From a virus (Duplodnaviria > Heunggongvirae > Uroviricota > Caudoviricetes): a stretch of DNA of 11,188 nucleotides. The notes under the pieces were generated by a model. The model saw only the letters and a program-made list of their open reading frames with translations. It did not search any database and was not told where the DNA came from. Both the position numbers and the translations under genes were made by a program. Location: the IMG/VR virus record IMGVR_UViG_2740892258_000001, one strand, 5' to 3'. This document shows, piece after piece, positions 1-10,546 of this stretch. How positions within the stretch are numbered: position 1 is the stretch's first letter; each line of letters opens with the position of its first letter.

Positions 1-258
1 CCCCTGTCAGGGAGTGAAGAGACAATTTATCTTTACGCCGTCACGTCCTTGATGCTTCCAGGTAGAGAGGGGCTGGAAGCAGGAGAAAAATGAAAGAGCC
101 AGCGGTTATATTTTTGTCATGGCTGACGAGGAATGATGGAAGAAGGCGTTGTATGCCACACAACGCCTCACTGTTCATTTCTTCTTTTTCTCTAGTGGAA
201 CCCGATGAATAAGAGTTGCACTGGTTTCCGATGAGATGGCGATATACTCGGGCAAAGT

Positions 259-441
259 ATGCTGGCAGTTTTCCAACTGGTCAAAAATACCTGCTCTCGT
301 CTGTTGCAATGCCTGCAGCATGCGGCGGCAATGCGCCTTGCTTTTGCTAACCATCTTTCCTTCCTCTATCAGTCGCTGCGTGAACTCATCATGGAATACC
401 AGGTAAATGCGGATGTTATCGGTTTTGGCTACGCAGCATAG
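259..441 (+). CDS. hypothetical small protein (60 aa), uncertain
   Basis: ATG ORF in the phage right-end region. Codon choice looks enterobacterial (frequent CTG/GCG/CGT, no rare Arg/Ile codons), but there is no clear Shine-Dalgarno and no recognised homologue. A longer 117-aa ORF on the opposite strand (175..528) overlaps it and has poorer codon quality. Confidence 0.2.
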   Translation: MLAVFQLVKNTCSRLLQCLQHAAAMRLAFANHLSFLYQSLRELIMEYQVNADVIGFGYAA

Positions 442-804
442 TACAAAACGGACAGGTGCATCCCGGGACGGGGGAGGCGTCACATGTCCCTGTGATGGTT
501 GTTCCGGGTAATGCACTGTGTGGGGCATAAAAATGTCCGATAATTTTACTTTCTACCGCAGTTAGTTGATTCGTTGGTCCTGGTAGCACATTGGGCGAGG
601 ATTTAAATGCCAGGCAACTGAAGGATGATGTTGCAAGGGAGATAGCGAGAATATTTCTGATTTTCATTTGATGATGCCTCTGTGTGAAATGACGGTAAAC
701 GACGCACTTGTGCCGGCACATAATAGCAAGCACCATAATAGATCAGATTCGATTCTTGCTGTAAGTGATAATTATTCTCGTTTTTCGGGTCCTTTCCGGC
801 GATC

Positions 805-828
805 CAACAGGCTACGGGGCGGCGACCT
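805..828. other. cosN, terminase nicking site with 12-nt cohesive end
   Basis: GGGCGGCGACCT at 816..827 is the lambda left cohesive end, preceded by ...GATCCAACAGGCTACG resembling the lambda right terminus. Predicted nicks are between 815/816 on the top strand and 827/828 on the bottom strand. Right-end and left-end sequences are contiguous here. Confidence 0.8.
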
Positions 829-865
829 CGCGGGTTTTCGCTATTTATGAAAATTTTCCGGTTTA

Positions 866-986
866 AGGCGTTTCCGTTCTTCTTCGTCATAACTTAATGT
901 TTTTATTTAAAATACCCTCTGAAAAGAAAGGAAACGACAGGTGCTGAAAGCGAGCTTTTTGGCCTCTGTCGTTTCCTTTCTCTGTT
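866..986. other. cosB, terminase small-subunit binding region (R3, R2, R1 elements with AT-rich IHF-type spacer)
   Basis: Three copies of a CGTTTCC(G/T)TTCT-like element: 869..886 direct (cgtttccgttcttcttcg), 924..940 inverted (reverse complement ctgtcgtttcctttctt), 966..984 direct (ctgtcgtttcctttctctg). An AT-rich stretch at 889..916 lies between R3 and R2. The region sits between cosN and the Nu1 start, as in lambda. Confidence 0.7.
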
Positions 987-1005
987 TTTGTCCGTGGAAT
1001 GAACA

Positions 1006-1525
1006 ATGGAAGTCAACAAAAAGCAGCTGGCTGACATTTTCGGTGCGAGTATCCGTACCATTCAGAACTGGCAGGAACAGGGAATGCCCGTTCTGCGAGG
1101 CGGTGGCAAGGGTAATGAGGTGCTTTATGACTCTGCCGCCGTCATAAAATGGTATGCCGAAAGGGATGCTGAAATTGAGAACGAAAAGCTGCGCCGGGAA
1201 GTTGAAGAACTGCGGCAGGCCAGCGAGACAGATCTCCAGCCAGGGACTATTGAGTACGAACGCCACCGACTTACGCGTGCGCAGGCCGACGCACAGGAGC
1301 TGAAAAATGCCAGAGACTCCGCTGAAGTGGTGGAAACCGCATTCTGTACTTTCGTGCTGTCGCGGATCGCAGGTGAAATTGCCAGTATTCTCGACGGGAT
1401 CCCCCTGTCGGTGCAGCGGCGTTTTCCGGAACTGGAAAACCGACATGTTGATTTCCTGAAACGGGATATCATCAAAGCCATGAACAAAGCAGCCGCGCTG
1501 GATGAACTGATACCGGGGTTGCTGA

Positions 1526-1551
<26 letters not shown>
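1006..1551 (+). CDS. nu1: terminase small subunit (gpNu1-like), 181 aa
   Basis: Translation MEVNKKQLADIFGASIRTIQNWQEQGMPVLRGGGKGNEV... matches lambda gpNu1 along its whole length as I recall it (N-terminal winged-HTH region). It is the first gene downstream of cosB and is the same length as lambda Nu1. Confidence 0.95.
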
Positions 1552-5232
<3,681 letters not shown>

Positions 5233-5252
<20 letters not shown>

Positions 5253-6552
5253 TCTCCCGCATATTGCCAGCATGGCTTTTAATGAGCCGCTGATGCTTGA
5301 ACCCGCCTATGCGCGGGTTTTCTTTTGTGCGCTTGCAGGCCAGCTTGGGATCAGCCGCCTGACAGATGCGGTGTCCGGTGACAGCCTGACTGCCCCGGAG
5401 GCACCCGCGACGCTGGCGTTATCCGGTGATGATGACGGACCACGACAGGCCCGCAGTTATCAGGTCATGAACGGCATCGCCGTGCTGCCGGTGTCCGGCA
5501 CGCTGGTCAGCCGGACGCGGGCGCTGCAGCCGTATTCGGGGATGACCGGTTACAACGGCATTATCGCCCGTCTGCAACAGGCTGCCAGCGACCCGATGGT
5601 GGACGGCATTCTGCTCGATATGGATACGCCAGGCGGGATGGTGGCAGGGGCATTTGACTGCGCTGACATCATCGCCCGTGTGCGTGACATAAAGCCGGTA
5701 TGGGCGCTGGCCAATGACATGAACTGCAGTGCAGGGCAGCTGCTTGCCAGCGCCGCCTCCCGGCGTCTGGTCACGCAGACCGCCCGGACAGGCTCCATCG
5801 GCGTCATGATGGCTCACAGTAATTACGGTGCTGCGCTGGAGAAACAGGGCGTGGAAATCACGCTGATTTACAGCGGCAGCCATAAGGTGGATGGCAACCC
5901 CTACAGCCATCTTCCGGATGACGTCCGGGAGACACTGCAGTCCCGGATGGATGCAACCCGCCGGATGTTTGCGCAGAAGGTGTCGGCATATACCGGCCTG
6001 TCCGTGCAGGCTGTGCTGGATACCGAGGCTGCAGTGTACAGCGGTCAGGAGGCCATTGATGCCGGACTGGCTGATGAACTTGTCAACAGCACCGATGCGA
6101 TCACCGTTATGCGTGATGCACTGGATGCACGTAAATCCCGTCTCTCAGGAGGGCGAATGACCAAAGAGACTCAATCAACAACTGTTTCAGCCACTGCTTC
6201 GCAGGCTGACGTTACTGACGTGGTGCCAGCGACGGAGGGCGAAAACGCCAGCGCGGCGCAGCCGGACGTGAACGCGCAGATCACCGCTGCGGTTGCGGCA
6301 GAAAACAGCCGCATTATGGGGATCCTCAACTGTGAGGAGGCTCACGGACGCGAAGAACAGGCTCGCGTGCTGGCCGAAACCCCCGGTATGACCGTGGAAA
6401 CGGCCCGCCGCATTCTGGCCGCAGCACCACAGAGTGCACAGGCGCGCAGTGACACTGCGCTGGATCGTCTGATGCAGGGGGCACCGGCACCGCTGGCTGC
6501 AGGTAACCCGGCATCTGATGCCGTTAACGATTTGCTGAACACACCAGTGTAA
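5233..6552 (+). CDS. C: head maturation protease / scaffold-processing protein (gpC-like, ClpP/S49-type fold), 439 aa
   Basis: GTG start at 5233 preceded by AGGAGGAG (5221..5228), overlapping the last 20 nt of B. Translation VTAELRNLPHIASMAFNEPLMLEPAYARVFF... matches lambda gpC. The six-frame ORF extends further upstream, but the lambda-equivalent start is this GTG. Confidence 0.9.
5947..6552 (+). CDS. nu3: scaffolding protein (gpNu3-like), translated from an in-frame internal start within C, 201 aa
   Basis: ATG at 5947 is in frame with C (MDATRRMFAQKVSAYTGLSV...) and shares the C stop. Its position corresponds exactly to the lambda Nu3 start when the window is offset by the same 815 nt that maps Nu1, A, W, B and C. 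The nested arrangement is established lambda biology; weak SD. Confidence 0.75.
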   Translation: MDATRRMFAQKVSAYTGLSVQAVLDTEAAVYSGQEAIDAGLADELVNSTDAITVMRDALDARKSRLSGGRMTKETQSTTVSATASQADVTDVVPATEGENASAAQPDVNAQITAAVAAENSRIMGILNCEEAHGREEQARVLAETPGMTVETARRILAAAPQSAQARSDTALDRLMQGAPAPLAAGNPASDAVNDLLNTPV

Positions 6553-6561
6553 GGGATGTTT

Positions 6562-6894
6562 ATGACGAGCAAAGAAACCTTTACCCATTACCAGCCGCTG
6601 GGCAACAGTGACCCGGCTCATACCGCAACCGCGCCTGGCGGATTGAGTGCGAAAGCGCCTGCAATGACCCCGCTGATGCTTGACACCGCCACCCGTAAGC
6701 TGGTTGCGTGGGATGGCACCACCGACGGTGCTGCCGTTGGCATTCTTGCGGTTGCTGCTGACCAGACCAGCACCACACTGACGTTCTACAAGTCCGGCAC
6801 GTTCCGTTATGAGGATGTGCTCTGGCCGGAGGCTGCCAGCGACGAGACGAAAAAACGGACCGCGTTTGCCGGAACGGCAATCAGCATCGTTTAA
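6562..6894 (+). CDS. D: head decoration protein (gpD-like), 110 aa
   Basis: Translation [52 protein letters not shown]...AISIV matches lambda gpD. SD AAGGGA at 6551..6556 is spaced for the ATG at 6562; the upstream in-frame ATG at 6556 is probably not used. Confidence 0.9.
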   Translation: MTSKETFTHYQPLGNSDPAHTATAPGGLSAKAPAMTPLMLDTATRKLVAWDGTTDGAAVGILAVAADQTSTTLTFYKSGTFRYEDVLWPEAASDETKKRTAFAGTAISIV

Positions 6895-6911
6895 CCTGAC
6901 CCTTCATCACT

Positions 6912-6936
6912 AAAGGCCGCATGTGCGGCTTTTTTT
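6912..6936 (+). terminator. stem-loop plus T-tract in the D-E spacer (intrinsic-terminator-like, possible attenuator)
   Basis: aaaGGCCGC-atgt-GCGGCttttttt: GC-rich 5-bp core stem (extendable through A:U pairs), 4-nt loop, then seven T at 6930..6936, about 14 nt before the E start codon. Confidence 0.4.
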
Positions 6937-6949
6937 ACGGGATTTTTTT

Positions 6950-7975
6950 ATGTCGATGTACACAACCGCCCAGCTGCTGGCGGCAAATGAGCAGAAATTT
7001 AAGTTTGATCCGCTGTTTCTGCGTCTCTTTTTCCGTGAGAGCTATCCCTTCACCACGGAGAAAGTCTATCTCTCACAAATTCCGGGACTGGTAAACATGG
7101 CGCTGTACGTTTCGCCGATTGTTTCCGGTGAGGTTATCCGTTCCCGTGGCGGCTCCACCTCTGAATTTACGCCGGGATATGTCAAGCCGAAGCATGAAGT
7201 GAATCCGCAGATGACCCTGCGTCGCCTGCCGGATGAAGATCCGCAGAATCTGGCGGACCCGGCTTACCGCCGCCGTCGCATCATCATGCAGAACATGCGT
7301 GACGAAGAGCTGGCCATTGCTCAGGTCGAAGAGATGCAGGCCGTTTCTGCCGTGCTTAAGGGCAAATACACCATGACCGGTGAAGCCTTCGATCCGGTTG
7401 AGGTGGATATGGGCCGCAGTGCGGCGAATAACATCACGCAGTCCGGCGGCACGGAGTGGAGCAAGCGTGACAAGTCCACGTATGACCCGACCGACGATAT
7501 CGAAGCCTACGCGCTGAACGCCAGCGGTGTGGTGAATATCATCGTGTTTGATCCGAAAGGCTGGGCGCTGTTCCGTTCCTTCAAAGCCGTCAGGGAGAAG
7601 CTGGATACCCGTCGCGGCTCTCATTCCGAACTGGAGACAGCGGTAAAAGACCTGGGTAAAGCGGTGTCCTATAAGGGGATGTATGGCGATGTGGCCATCG
7701 TCGTGTATTCCGGACAGTACGTGGAAAACGGCGTCAAAAAGAACTTCCTGCCGGACAACACGATGGTGCTGGGTAACACTCATGCACGCGGTCTGCGCAC
7801 CTATGGCTGCATTCAGGATGCGGACGCACAGCGCGAAGGCATTAACGCCTCTGCCCGCTACCCGAAAAACTGGGTGACCACCGGCGATCCGGCGCGTGAG
7901 TTCACCATGATTCAGTCAGCACCGCTGATGCTGCTGGCTGACCCTGATGAGTTCGTGTCCGTACAACTGGCGTAA
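6950..7975 (+). CDS. E: major capsid protein (gpE-like, HK97 fold), 341 aa
   Basis: Translation MSMYTTAQLLAANEQKFKFDPLFLRLFFRESYPFTTEKVYLSQIPGLVNMALYVSPIVSGEV... through ...DPDEFVSVQLA matches lambda gpE over its full length. Same length as lambda E. Confidence 0.95.
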   Translation: MSMYTTAQLLAANEQKFKFDPLFLRLFFRESYPFTTEKVYLSQIPGLVNMALYVSPIVSGEVIRSRGGSTSEFTPGYVKPKHEVNPQMTLRRLPDEDPQNLADPAYRRRRIIMQNMRDEELAIAQVEEMQAVSAVLKGKYTMTGEAFDPVEVDMGRSAANNITQSGGTEWSKRDKSTYDPTDDIEAYALNASGVVNIIVFDPKGWALFRSFKAVREKLDTRRGSHSELETAVKDLGKAVSYKGMYGDVAIVVYSGQYVENGVKKNFLPDNTMVLGNTHARGLRTYGCIQDADAQREGINASARYPKNWVTTGDPAREFTMIQSAPLMLLADPDEFVSVQLA

Positions 7976-7977
7976 TC

Positions 7978-7995
7978 ATGGCCCTTCGGGGCCAT
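7978..7995 (+). other. perfect hairpin with UUCG-type tetraloop in the E-FI spacer
   Basis: ATGGCCC-ttcg-GGGCCAT: 7-bp perfect inverted repeat with a 4-nt ttcg loop, beginning 3 nt after the E stop, followed by a T-rich stretch and the FI SD GGAGGAG (8007..8013). Confidence 0.4.
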
Positions 7996-8016
7996 TGTTT
8001 CTCTGTGGAGGAGTCC

Positions 8017-8412
8017 ATGACGAAAGATGAGCTGATTGCCCGTCTCCGCTCGCTGGGTGAGCAACTGAACCGTGATGTCAGCCTGACGGGGACGAAAGAA
8101 GAACTGGCACTCCGTGTGGCAGAGCTGGAAGAGGAGCTTGATGACACGGATGACGCTGCCGGTCAGGACACATCTGTCAACCCGGAAAATGCGCTGACCG
8201 GGTATGAAAATAACGTGGTATCAGCGCAGCCGGATACCGTGACTGATACGGCTGCTCTGGTCACGGTCGTGGCACTGGTGACGCTGCATACTGATGCACT
8301 TCACGCCACGCGGGATGAACCTGTGGCATTTGTGCTGCCGGGAACGGCGTTTCGTGTCTCTGCCGGTGTGGCAGCCGAAATGACAGAGCGCGGCCTGGCC
8401 AGAATGCAATAA
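8017..8412 (+). CDS. FI: DNA packaging / head-assembly accessory protein (gpFI-like), 131 aa
   Basis: ATG at 8017 with strong SD GGAGGAG. Translation MTKDELIARLRSLGEQLNRDVSLTGTKEELALRVAELEEELDD...AAEMTERGLARMQ matches lambda gpFI at the N and C termini, with a diverged acidic/linker middle. The six-frame ORF starts earlier (7978), inside the hairpin. Confidence 0.9.
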   Translation: MTKDELIARLRSLGEQLNRDVSLTGTKEELALRVAELEEELDDTDDAAGQDTSVNPENALTGYENNVVSAQPDTVTDTAALVTVVALVTLHTDALHATRDEPVAFVLPGTAFRVSAGVAAEMTERGLARMQ

Positions 8413-8423
8413 CGGGAGGCGCT

Positions 8424-8777
8424 GTGGCTGATTTCGATAACCTGTTCGATGCTGCCATTGCCCGCGCCGATGAAACGATACGCGGGTACATGGGAACGTC
8501 AGCCACCATGACATCCGGTGAGCAGTCCGGTGCTGTGATACGTGGTGTTTTTGATGACCCTGAAAATATCAGCTATGCCGGACAGGGCGTGCGCGTTGAA
8601 GGCTCCAGCCCGTCCCTGTTTGTCCGGACTGATGAGGTGCGGCAGCTGCGGCGTGGAGACACGCTGACCATCGGTGAGGAAAATTTCTGGGTAGACCGGG
8701 TTTCGCCGGATGATGGCGGAAGCTGTCATCTCTGGCTTGGGCGTGGCGTGCCGCCTGCCGTTAACCGTCGCCGCTGA
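8424..8777 (+). CDS. FII: head-tail connector protein (gpFII-like), 117 aa
   Basis: GTG start at 8424 with SD GGGAGG (8414..8419). Translation (M)ADFDNLFDAAIARADETIRGYMGTSATMTSGEQSGAVIRGVFDDPENISYAGQGVRVEG... matches lambda gpFII. Confidence 0.9.
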   Translation: MADFDNLFDAAIARADETIRGYMGTSATMTSGEQSGAVIRGVFDDPENISYAGQGVRVEGSSPSLFVRTDEVRQLRRGDTLTIGEENFWVDRVSPDDGGSCHLWLGRGVPPAVNRRR

Positions 8778-8788
8778 AAGGGGGATGT

Positions 8789-9367
8789 ATGGCCATAAAA
8801 GGTCTTGAGCAGGCCGTTGAAAACCTCAGCCGTATCAGCAAAACGGCGGTGCCCGGTGCCGCCGCAATGGCCATTAACCGCGTTGCTTCATCCGCGATAT
8901 CGCAGTCTGCGTCACAGGTTGCTCGTGAGACAAAGGTACGCCGGAAACTGGTAAAGGAAAGGGCCAGGCTGAAAAGGGCCACGGTCAAAAATCCGCAGGC
9001 CAGAATCAAAGTTAACCGGGGGGATTTGCCCGTAATCAAGCTGGGTAATGCGCGGGTTGTCCTGTCCCGCCGCAGGCGTCGTAAAAAGGGGCAGCGTTCA
9101 TCCCTGAAAGGTGGCGGCAGCGTGCTTGTGGTGGGTAACCGTCGTATTCCCGGCGCGTTTATTCAGCAACTGAAAAACGGCCGGTGGCATGTTATGCAGC
9201 GTGTGGCCGGGAAAAACCGTTACCCCATTGATGTGGTGAAAATCCCGATGGCGGTGCCGCTGACCACGGCGTTTAAACAGAATATTGAACGGATACGGCG
9301 TGAACGTCTTCCGAAAGAGCTGGGCTATGCGCTGCAGCATCAACTGAGAATGGTAATAAAGCGATGA
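8789..9367 (+). CDS. Z: tail completion protein (gpZ-like), 192 aa
   Basis: ATG at 8789 with SD AAAGGGGGA upstream. Translation MAIKGLEQAVENLSRISKTAVPGAAAMAINRVASSAISQSASQVARETKVRRKL... matches lambda gpZ. Same length as lambda Z. Confidence 0.9.
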   Translation: MAIKGLEQAVENLSRISKTAVPGAAAMAINRVASSAISQSASQVARETKVRRKLVKERARLKRATVKNPQARIKVNRGDLPVIKLGNARVVLSRRRRRKKGQRSSLKGGGSVLVVGNRRIPGAFIQQLKNGRWHVMQRVAGKNRYPIDVVKIPMAVPLTTAFKQNIERIRRERLPKELGYALQHQLRMVIKR

Positions 9368-9759
9368 AACATACTGAACTCCGTGCAGCCGTACTGGATG
9401 CACTGGAGAAGCATGACACCGGGGCGACGCTTTTTGATGGTCGCCCCGCTGTTTTTGATGAGGAAGATTTTCCGGCAATTGCCGTTTATCTCACCGGCGC
9501 TGAATACACGGGCGAAGAGCTGGACAGCGATACCTGGCAGGCGGAGCTGCATATTGAAGTTTTCCTGCCTGCTCAGGTGCCGGATTCAGAGCTGGATTCG
9601 TGGATGGAGTCCCGGATTTATCCGGTGATGAGCGATATCCCGGCACTGTCAGATTTGATCACCAGTATGGTGGCCAGCGGCTATGACTACCGGCGCGACG
9701 ATGATGCGGGCCTGTGGAGTTCAGCCGATCTGACTTATGTCATTACCTATGAAATGTGA
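9364..9759 (+). CDS. U: tail tube terminator protein (gpU-like), 131 aa
   Basis: ATGA overlap with the Z stop. Translation MKHTELRAAVLDALEKHDTGATLFDGRPAVFDEEDFPAIAVYLTGAEYTGEELD...LTYVITYEM matches lambda gpU. Confidence 0.9.
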   Translation: MKHTELRAAVLDALEKHDTGATLFDGRPAVFDEEDFPAIAVYLTGAEYTGEELDSDTWQAELHIEVFLPAQVPDSELDSWMESRIYPVMSDIPALSDLITSMVASGYDYRRDDDAGLWSSADLTYVITYEM

Positions 9760-9782
9760 GGACGAGAGAGGTATACCGACAA

Positions 9783-10486
9783 ATGGCAGCGACGCACACA
9801 CTCCCTCTGGCGTCACCGGGAATGGCACGCATCTGCCTTTACGGGGATTTGCAACGATTTGGCCGCCGCATCGACCTTCGTGTGAAAACGGGGGCTGAAG
9901 CCATCCGGGCACTGGCCACACAGCTCCCGGCGTTTCGGTGAAAACGGGGGCTGAAGCCATCCGGGCACTGGCCACACAGCTCCCGGCGTTTCGCCAGAAA
10001 CTGAATGAGGGCTGGTATCAGGTGCGCATTTCCGGGCGTGATGCAGGCGAAAATGAATTATCTGCCCGTCTTAATGAACCGCTGGCAAATGGTGCCGTGA
10101 TCCACGTCGTTCCGCGTCTGGCGGGTGCCAAAAGTGGCGGTGTGTTTCAGGCGGTGCTGGGTGCGGCGCTGATTGCGGTGGCATGGTGGAACCCTGTTGG
10201 CTGGCTGGGGGCCGCGGCTGTATCGGGTCTGTATGCAGCAGGGGCCAGTATGATCCTGGGTGGTGTGGCGCAGATGCTGGCACCGAAAGCCAGGACGCCC
10301 ACGGCAGCCAGTACAGATAACGGCAAACAGAACACCTATTTTTCTTCACTGGATAATATGGTTGCCCAGGGCAATGTTCTGCCCGTTCTGTACGGTGAAA
10401 TGCGCGTGGGATCACGTGTGGTATCTCAGGAGATCAGCACAGCAGATGAAGGTGATGGTGGTCAGGTTGTGGTGATTGGTCGCTGA
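9783..10486 (+). pseudogene. I: tail assembly protein I homologue, split by a frameshifting 56-bp tandem duplication
   Basis: ATG at 9783 gives MAATHTLPLASPGMARICLYGDLQRFGRRIDLRVKTGAEAIRALATQLPAFR, then TGA at 9939..9941. The remaining ...QKLNEGWYQVRISGRD...GGQVVVIGR is in another frame (9938..10486). Both termini match lambda gpI as I recall it. Removing one 56-bp repeat copy restores a single ORF of about 215 aa. Confidence 0.8.
9882..9993. repeat. perfect tandem duplication, 2 x 56 bp
   Basis: gtgaaaacgggggctgaagccatccgggcactggccacacagctcccggcgtttcg occurs at 9882..9937 and again, identical, at 9938..9993. Flanking bases differ on both sides, so there are exactly two copies. 56 is not a multiple of 3. 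Confidence 0.95.
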
Positions 10487-10504
10487 TGAAAAACGTTTTA
10501 TGTG

Positions 10505-10530
10505 AAACCGCCTCCGGGCGGTTTTATCGT
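10505..10530 (+). terminator. stem-loop plus T-rich tail in the I-J spacer (intrinsic-terminator-like)
   Basis: AAACCGCC-tccg-GGCGGTTT: perfect 8-bp stem with 4-nt loop, followed by tatcgttt. It lies in the 60-nt spacer between the I stop (10486) and the canonical J start (10547). Confidence 0.3.
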
Positions 10531-10546
10531 TTATGGAGCATGACGA

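Noticed and set aside
175-528. 117-aa minus-strand ORF in the right-end region
   Set aside because: No SD, proline- and cysteine-rich N-terminus, several rare codons, and it overlaps a plus-strand ORF with better codon usage. It is not recognisable as any phage protein. I keep it as a possibility but did not call it.
603-890. ORFs spanning cosN (603..890 minus strand; 668..850 plus strand)
   Set aside because: They cross the terminase cut site and the cosB protein-binding repeats, so they would be severed in the virion. No start signals and poor codon usage. The region is better explained as the cis-acting packaging site.
6556-6561. Alternative upstream start for D (ATG at 6556, as in the six-frame track)
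   Set aside because: The SD AAGGGA ends at 6556, so it is spaced for the ATG at 6562, and the lambda gpD N-terminus is MTSKETF. The upstream ATG would sit inside the ribosome-binding site.
7073-7783. 236-aa ORF on the minus strand inside E, and other long antisense ORFs inside head genes (e.g. 907..1446, 2681..3157, 3645..4085, 6187..6621)
   Set aside because: They lie entirely antisense to confidently identified, full-length phage structural genes in GC-rich sequence. The products are Arg/His/Cys-rich and low-complexity with no start context. These are typical shadow ORFs.
7978-8016. Longer FI ORF starting at ATG 7978
   Set aside because: That ATG is the first arm of the E-FI hairpin and has no SD. 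The strong GGAGGAG precedes the ATG at 8017, which gives the lambda-like MTKDELIARL N-terminus.
9882-9993. Possible CRISPR array or programmed frameshift at the 56-bp repeat
   Set aside because: Only two directly abutting identical copies with no spacers, lying inside a coding sequence, so it is not CRISPR. It has no slippery heptamer or pseudoknot context like the lambda G-T frameshift site; it is a plain duplication that breaks the frame.
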